Assembly (NCBI GenBank): GCA_034408725.1
Contig: JAWXCN010000074.1
Location: forward strand, 1-22,567
Direction: 5' to 3'
DNA length: 22,567 bases
Origin: Candidatus Hydrogenedentota bacterium
GTDB taxonomy: Bacteria > Hydrogenedentota > Hydrogenedentia > Hydrogenedentales > SLHB01
The notes below the pieces were generated by a model, which was not told the origin of the DNA, did no database searches, and was given only the letters and a program-made list of their open reading frames with translations. Shown piece by piece: positions 16,671 through 22,567 of the stretch (position 1 is the first letter of the stretch; each line of letters begins with the position of its first letter). The position numbers were made by a program, and so were the translations under genes.

Positions 16671-19600
16671 GCTGCAACTCCAGGACCTCGGCCTCGCGCG
16701 GGGCGTTCTGCTGCGCGATGTCCTTGAGCACGCGCGCATAGTCGCGCGGCATCACGCGAACAAATTTCGTAATCTCGTCTTCCCAATTGTCGAGGATATG
16801 CCTCGCAACCGTGCTGCCCGTGTGCAGCACATGCCGTTCAAGCATCGCGCGCAGATCGTCTTTACTTTGCTCGTTCATCGGCTTGAGATCGCAGGTGCCC
16901 GTGTTGCAGTGCGACGCGAACGTGCCGTCCACGTCATAGACAAACGCGATGCCCCCACTCATGCCCGCGGCGAAGTTGCGGCCCGTTTTGCCCAAGATGG
17001 CCGCGCGGCCGCCCGTCATGTATTCGCAACCGTGATCGCCGACGCCTTCGACTACCGCGACCGCGCCGCTGTTGCGCACGCAGAACCGTTCCCCCGCGAT
17101 GCCGCGGAAATACGCCTCGCCACCCGTCGCGCCATACAACGCGACGTTGCCGACGATGATGTTTTCCTCGGGCACGAACGAAATATTTTCCGGCGGGCGC
17201 ACGATGACCGTCGCGCCGGAAAGCCCTTTGCCGCAATAGTCGTTTGCTTCGCCCGTAATGCGGAGCGTCATGCCTTTGATTGTAAACGCGCCGAAGCTTT
17301 GGCCGCCCTGGCCCGTGCATTCGATCCAGACGGTGTCTTCCGGCAACACGCCGGTTTCCAGACCGACTTTGTGTACGCGGGTCAATTCACTGGCGAGCAT
17401 CGTGCCGACCGTCCGGTTCGTATTGTGAATCTCGACCGCGAGATGAGATTTCGCGACGTCCTTGCGGTTCTTCACCGGTTGCAACGAAGCCTTGGCCATC
17501 TCGATCAGTTTATTGTCGAGCGCCTTGTCGAGGCCGTGGTCCTGTGTCTTGCTGACGTACAGCGTTTCGCCGTCCCACGGTTTCGCCATGTACAGCACGC
17601 GGGAAAGATCGAGCTTCTTCGCTTTCCAATGTTCCGGCAGGGGATCGAACTCGAGCATGTCCGCGCGGCCAATCATTTCATTCACGGTGCGGAATCCAAG
17701 TTCCGCCATGATCGCGCGCAGGTCTTCCGCGATAAAGAAGCATAGGTTCACGACGTATTCAGGTTTGCCCGCAAACTTTTTGCGCAACTCGGGGTCTTGC
17801 GTGGCCACGCCGACGGGGCAGGTGTTCAAATGGCATTTGCGCATCATGATGCAACCGAGCGCAACCAGTGGCAACGTCGCCATGCCCACTTCATCCGCGC
17901 CCAGCAAGAACGCGATGGCTACGTCGCGACCCGTTTTGATCTGCCCGTCCGTCTGCACGCGAATGCGGCTGCGCAGATTGTTTTCGACGAGCACCTGATG
18001 CGTTTCCGAAAGGCCAAGCTCCCACGGCAGGCCCGCGTATTTGATCGAGCTGAGCGGCGACGCGCCGGTACCGCCCGTGTCGCCGCTCACCAGCACGAGG
18101 TCCGCTTTGCCTTTGGCAACGCCCGCGGCCACCGTGCCCACGCCAACTTCGGAAACCAACTTCACGCTGACGTTTGCATGCTTATTGCCGTTCTTCAAAT
18201 CGTGGATGAGTTGGGCAAGGTCTTCGATTGAATAAATGTCGTGGTGCGGCGGGGGAGAAATGAGTTCCACGCCGGGCGTCGAATACCGGATGCGCGCGAT
18301 TTCCTTGAACACCTTGTGTCCCGGAAGTTCACCACCCTCGCCGGGTTTCGCGCCCTGCGCCATTTTGATCTGCAATTCGTCGGCATTTACGAGGTACTCG
18401 TTCGTGACGCCGAACCGGCCCGATGCGACCTGCTTGATGGCGCTGCGCCGCAGATCGCCATTCGCATCCGGCTTGAACCGTTTCGGGTCTTCGCCGCCTT
18501 CGCCGGTGTTGCTGCGCCCGCCGATGCGGTTCATAGCAATCGCGAGCGTTTCGTGCGCTTCACGGCTAATCGATCCGTAAGACATAGCGCCCGTGCAAAA
18601 CCGCCGCACGATTTCCTTCGCGGGTTCGACTTCTTCCAAAGGGATCGAATTGCCCTTCTTGAATTTCATCAAGCCACGCAACGCCGCAAGGTTGCGGTTG
18701 CGATCATTGATGTACGCCGCAAATTCCTTGTACTTGTCCAGCTCGTTCTCGCGCACCGCATGCTGAATGCGCGTAATGGTGTCGGGATTGTATTGATGAT
18801 GCTCGCCGCGCCGGCGCCAGCGGTATTGACCACCCGGATCAAGTTCGCGCGGTCGCGCATGCGCTTCGGGGTACGTCACCGCGTGGCGCATCAGCGATTC
18901 CTTTGCCACGTCTTCAACATCAATGCCTTCGACGCGCGACGCCGTGCCGGTGAAGCACCGGTCGATCAATTTCGTGCTAAGGCCGACCGCCTCAAAAATC
19001 TGCGCGCTACGGTAGCTATGCTGCGTCGAGATGCCGATCTTCGACATTGTCTTGAGCATGGCGACTTCGATCGCCTTGATAAAACTCTTGCAACCCTGGC
19101 CTGGGTAGTCTTCGACGAGTTCTTGCTTGACGATCAAGTCCCTGATTGTTTCATATGCAAGATAGGGGTTCACCGCGTCCGCGCCATATCCCGTCAACAG
19201 GCAGAAGTGCATCACTTCTCGCGGCTCGCCGGATTCGATGACGAGCCCGCACTCGGCGCGTTTCTGTTCGCGCACGAGCTTCTGGTGTACCGCGCCAATC
19301 GCCAGCAGGCTCGGGATGGGGCACATCGTTTCGTTCACGCCGCGATCGGAAAGCACCACCACCGAATATTCGCCCTCGATGGCCGCCATTGCCTCCGCGC
19401 AAATCCGGTCGAGCGTTTTTTCCAGCGCGGCGGGACCTTCCTTCGCCGGGAACAATGTCGAAATCGTTTTCGATTTCAAGCCGGGCTTGTCAATATACTT
19501 GATGTAATCAAGCTGTTCATCGGCGATGATCGGCGACATCAGGTGCAACTGTTCGCAGTGCTCCGGTGTTTCGCCCAGCAGGTTCCGCTCGCGACCCATG

Positions 19601-21237
19601 TCCGTTTCGAGTGACATCACGATCTCTTCACGAATGGGATCGATGGGCGGGTTCGTGACCTGCGCGAACAGTTGCTTGAAATAGTTGAACAACAACTGCG
19701 GCCGGTTCGACAACACGGCCAGCGGCGCATCGTTGCCCATCGAACCGAGCGGTTGCTTGCCCGTTTTGGCCATCGGCGCCAACAGTATTTCCAAATCTTC
19801 CAGCGTGTATCCGAACACCTGCTGCCGCTCGATGATCGGCGCTTCCTGCGGCGCGGACTTGCCGTTGCCCGGCTTGCACTCTTTCGGAAGGATCGACCGA
19901 TGCGTGTTTAGCCAATCGCGGTACGGCTGGCGCTTGCAGATGCTGTCTTTTATTTCTTCGTCGTCGATAATGCGATGTTCTTCGGTGTCGATCAGGAACA
20001 TGCGGCCGGGTTCGAGCCGTCCTTTTTTTATGATGCTGTCCTGCGGCACATCCAGCACCCCGACTTCCGACGCCATCACGACAAAGCCGTCTTTCGTGAC
20101 CCAATACCGGGACGGGCGCAGGCCGTTGCGGTCCAGCACGGCGCCGATGCGCGTGCCGTCGCAGAACGAAATAGACGCGGGTCCGTCCCACGGCTCCTGC
20201 ATCGTCGCGTGATATTCGTAGAACGCTTTCTTGTAATCCGGCATGCTCTCGTGGCCGCTCCACGGCTCGGGTATGAGCATCATCATCGCGTGCGGCGCGG
20301 AACGTCCGCCGAGATAGAGCAATTCAAAACTGTTGTCGAGGATCGCGGAATCGCTTGCGCCCAGCGTGTGGATCGGCGCAAGCTTTTTTACGTCCGCGCC
20401 AAACGCCGGCGAATCCAGGTGCGTCTCGCGCGACGCCATCATATTGATGTTGCCGCGAAGCGTGTTGATCTCGCCGTTGTGCGCGAGATACCGGAACGGA
20501 TGCGCCAGCGGCCACGATGGGAACGTATTGGTGCTGTATCGCTGGTGCACCATCGCAATTGCGCTTTCCGTATCGCTGTCCGACAGATCGAGGTAGTACC
20601 CGTCCATCTGCGGGGCAAGCATCAGTCCCTTGTAGACGATGGTGCGGCACGACATGCTCGGAACGTAAAACTGTTTCTTGTGTTGTAGGTTCGAGCCGTA
20701 AACCGCCTTTTCGATCACCTTACGGATGACATACAACTTGCACTCAAACGCGATTTCGTCGAGACCGTTGGCGCGGCCTACGAACACCTGCATGATTACC
20801 GGTTCGCCTTCGCGCGCGATGTACCCGATCTTTTCGGAATTCCGCGGAACATCGCGCCAGCCAAGCACGGTCTGTCCCTCGTCGCGAATGGACTTTTCAA
20901 CCATGGCGATACAGGCCGCGCGGTCGGCGGAGTCGTGGGGAAGGAACATCATGGCGGCGGCATACCCGCCTTTTGCGGGGAGAGAAAACTTGAGGCGGTC
21001 GGCTTCGCGCAGGAATAACCGGTGCGGAATCTGGAGCAGCATGCCCGCGCCGTCTCCGGTATCCGGGTCACACCCGCACGCGCCCCGGTGCTCCAGATTC
21101 TCCAGCACCTGCAAGCCCTGTCGAATTATCGTATGCGTAGCAGTGCCGCTGAGGTTGGCGACGAACCCTACTCCGCAGGCGTCATGCTCGTAAAACGGTT
21201 CATACAAACCGCTTCGAGATGGTTGTCTGATGGACAA
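16657..21237 (-). CDS. gltB: Glutamate synthase large (alpha) subunit
   Basis: Ntn amidotransferase EHDACGVGF, HQRYSTNTFPSW, HNGEINT, EPWDGPA, FMN domain KQVASGRFGV and KMAQGAKPGEGG, 3Fe-4S motif CIMMRKCHLNTC, and a GXGXG domain. TTG start preceded by AAAGGA. Confidence 0.97.
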   Translation of the reverse strand: MSIRQPSRSGLYEPFYEHDACGVGFVANLSGTATHTIIRQGLQVLENLEHRGACGCDPDTGDGAGMLLQIPHRLFLREADRLKFSLPAKGGYAAAMMFLPHDSADRAACIAMVEKSIRDEGQTVLGWRDVPRNSEKIGYIAREGEPVIMQVFVGRANGLDEIAFECKLYVIRKVIEKAVYGSNLQHKKQFYVPSMSCRTIVYKGLMLAPQMDGYYLDLSDSDTESAIAMVHQRYSTNTFPSWPLAHPFRYLAHNGEINTLRGNINMMASRETHLDSPAFGADVKKLAPIHTLGASDSAILDNSFELLYLGGRSAPHAMMMLIPEPWSGHESMPDYKKAFYEYHATMQEPWDGPASISFCDGTRIGAVLDRNGLRPSRYWVTKDGFVVMASEVGVLDVPQDSIIKKGRLEPGRMFLIDTEEHRIIDDEEIKDSICKRQPYRDWLNTHRSILPKECKPGNGKSAPQEAPIIERQQVFGYTLEDLEILLAPMAKTGKQPLGSMGNDAPLAVLSNRPQLLFNYFKQLFAQVTNPPIDPIREEIVMSLETDMGRERNLLGETPEHCEQLHLMSPIIADEQLDYIKYIDKPGLKSKTISTLFPAKEGPAALEKTLDRICAEAMAAIEGEYSVVVLSDRGVNETMCPIPSLLAIGAVHQKLVREQKRAECGLVIESGEPREVMHFCLLTGYGADAVNPYLAYETIRDLIVKQELVEDYPGQGCKSFIKAIEVAMLKTMSKIGISTQHSYRSAQIFEAVGLSTKLIDRCFTGTASRVEGIDVEDVAKESLMRHAVTYPEAHARPRELDPGGQYRWRRRGEHHQYNPDTITRIQHAVRENELDKYKEFAAYINDRNRNLAALRGLMKFKKGNSIPLEEVEPAKEIVRRFCTGAMSYGSISREAHETLAIAMNRIGGRSNTGEGGEDPKRFKPDANGDLRRSAIKQVASGRFGVTNEYLVNADELQIKMAQGAKPGEGGELPGHKVFKEIARIRYSTPGVELISPPPHHDIYSIEDLAQLIHDLKNGNKHANVSVKLVSEVGVGTVAAGVAKGKADLVLVSGDTGGTGASPLSSIKYAGLPWELGLSETHQVLVENNLRSRIRVQTDGQIKTGRDVAIAFLLGADEVGMATLPLVALGCIMMRKCHLNTCPVGVATQDPELRKKFAGKPEYVVNLCFFIAEDLRAIMAELGFRTVNEMIGRADMLEFDPLPEHWKAKKLDLSRVLYMAKPWDGETLYVSKTQDHGLDKALDNKLIEMAKASLQPVKNRKDVAKSHLAVEIHNTNRTVGTMLASELTRVHKVGLETGVLPEDTVWIECTGQGGQSFGAFTIKGMTLRITGEANDYCGKGLSGATVIVRPPENISFVPEENIIVGNVALYGATGGEAYFRGIAGERFCVRNSGAVAVVEGVGDHGCEYMTGGRAAILGKTGRNFAAGMSGGIAFVYDVDGTFASHCNTGTCDLKPMNEQSKDDLRAMLERHVLHTGSTVARHILDNWEDEITKFVRVMPRDYARVLKDIAQQNAPREAEVLELQHAQK

Positions 21238-21361
21238 TGCGACCGTCCTTTCTCACACAAAACCGGAATAGTGACCGCTCGGGCCGCACATATTCCCATG
21301 GACGCGCGCTCGGCGAGCAGGTACACCTCACCCGCTCCTCTCGCTCAATCCGTGAACGAGT

Positions 21362-21391
21362 AATTTACAAAAATTGTGAATGCCCTGTCAA
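21362..21391 (-). promoter_or_regulatory. Putative sigma70 promoter of gltBD with an overlapping palindrome
   Basis: Minus strand TTGACA (21391-21386), 18-nt spacer, TAAATT (21367-21362). Inverted repeat ATTTACAA-AAA-TTGTGAAT at 21363-21381. Confidence 0.55.
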
Positions 21392-21763
21392 ACGGTTTAG
21401 GGCATTTTTGCCGGGCTCTAGGGATTCAGCGCCCAACAATTTCGGTTACTTGTGGAGCGAATATGCCCATTTCCCCACCGCTGTGGCCGGTCTCTGCTTC
21501 GCGTTGTGGCCGGTCTTCTTCAAAGGATCAGCGTGCTTGGAGTACTGGGCTAAAATGCCCTCGAGAGGGTATTGGGTTGGCCCAACACGACCAGCGAGCT
21601 TCCTGTAGTCAGGGAAAGTCTCACATCAAACGTGCGTACGAGCTCGAATGCCTGCTCGCTTGTTACGTCGAGACGAAACGCTTTGAACGCGGAAGCTAAA
21701 TAAACAGGTGGCCGTCCTCTCCTACTCTTAGAGATTCAACGAGGAAAGACTTCTTTGGGTTCT

Positions 21764-22228
21764 CTATTGATCTACATGCTGCGCAGAACCTGTTTGGTCG
21801 AACCTTTTTAGCCCGGGATTTGTTTGGGCATGGCTCGAATTGCGACATCGAAGTATCGCCGTTTCGCTACCTTGAGCATTGGATACTTCGAATATGTAGC
21901 TTGTCCATTCCGAAATGTTTCCCGATTCCCCAGCACGTGAATCAGCGGAGCAAACAAAGTTCTTAAGATCAGACATATATTCTGGATAAAGATCCTGCAT
22001 CGAAGATGGCCAAGACTCTCGATCCCCTTTATAGAGAGCTATACTTACTGCAAGTTCATCCAAATGTTCTCGACAAATCCAACCATCTGGTAGATCGGAG
22101 CTGGTTTTATCGATTTTATCCTGGGAAGATTTAGGTTCGGGAGTGCAACATACCCCTAGAATGCACGAAATCGTTATAAAATGGTGGAGTGGACGACGAG
22201 GGTTAAGGAAGAAAACACAGTTTACCAT
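21764..22228 (-). CDS. Low-GC hypothetical exported protein or lipoprotein with a pseudopilin-like globular segment
   Basis: 154-aa ORF with a hydrophobic N-terminal stretch ending in Cys (ILGVCC). The segment C..HL..LA.SI.LY..D...WP.SMQDLYPEY......FVC..D resembles the post-TM region of pilin-like/DUF1559 proteins. Three 60-nt lines counted by hand are 40-48% GC. Confidence 0.55.
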   Translation of the reverse strand: MVNCVFFLNPRRPLHHFITISCILGVCCTPEPKSSQDKIDKTSSDLPDGWICREHLDELAVSIALYKGDRESWPSSMQDLYPEYMSDLKNFVCSADSRAGESGNISEWTSYIFEVSNAQGSETAILRCRNSSHAQTNPGLKRFDQTGSAQHVDQ

Positions 22229-22293
22229 TCTGCAGACTGCGGTTGGGTCATCACCATTGATTACACTTTGACGCCGATAAATACGACATCCAC

Positions 22294-22566
22294 TTATTTC
22301 CCCCGTTTCCGGATTGTTGGCTTTTGTTTTCTGGGGCGGCCTACGGGGAGTGGTCGGAGGCGGCGTCCGAGTTTGCGTTCGAGCTTGCTGAGGAACGCGT
22401 CGCTGGCGAGCGGGCGGCCGGTGTGCGTGTTGAGGCAGAGCGCCGCGATGGTGTCTTTGTTGTCGGGCTGGGTGAGCATTTCCTTCCAGTTTATATCACC
22501 GGCCAATTCCTGCCAAGCAGTTAAATCGAGGAGTTGGGCCGCGTCGGGTTTGCCTGTGTGCGCAGC
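22294..22566 (-). mobile_element. 3' part of a Y1 HUH transposase gene (IS200/RAYT-like), truncated by the window edge
   Basis: The frame is open from the window end: AAHTGKPDAAQLLDL..W...TGRPLASDAFLSKLERKLGRRLRPLPVGRPRK. This resembles the C-terminal tail that follows the WSS-A-x-AH motif in RAYT-like Y1 transposases. The catalytic HUH and Tyr residues are outside the window. Confidence 0.7.
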
Positions 22567-22567
22567 C

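Noticed and set aside
15621-19614. Long plus-strand ORFs (368, 481 and 457 aa)
   Set aside because: Antisense shadows of gltD/gltB with no recognisable domains.
21237-21699. Plus-strand ORFs of 123 and 107 aa upstream of gltB
   Set aside because: They run across the predicted gltB promoter/leader and have no convincing RBS or protein-like motifs.

Overview
GC-rich bacterial chromosomal window, about 60% GC by eye. Tat-exported oxidoreductases, a PEP-CTERM protein and palindromic intergenic repeats suggest a diderm environmental lineage such as Hydrogenedentes or PVC-like bacteria; this taxonomy is inference only. Left to right it holds: a 5'-truncated polytopic membrane protein; a complete oppABCDF peptide ABC transporter operon with an alkyltransferase-like (ATL) gene appended; a REPIN-like palindrome; a Tat FAD-dependent oxidoreductase; two Tat Gfo/Idh/MocA oxidoreductases flanking a PEP-CTERM gene; a coupled DinB / small protein / nucleotidyltransferase-like trio downstream of gltBD; glutamate synthase gltB-gltD; and a low-GC orphan ORF next to the 3' end of a Y1 (IS200/RAYT-like) transposase. 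Most of the window is ordinary housekeeping. Three things stand out. First, a possible transposase-linked cargo cassette bounded by imperfect 15-bp inverted repeats, one of which contains the transposase stop codon. Second, a TA-like small protein plus nucleotidyltransferase pair whose expected DxD motif reads VxV. Third, several distinct intergenic repeat families.
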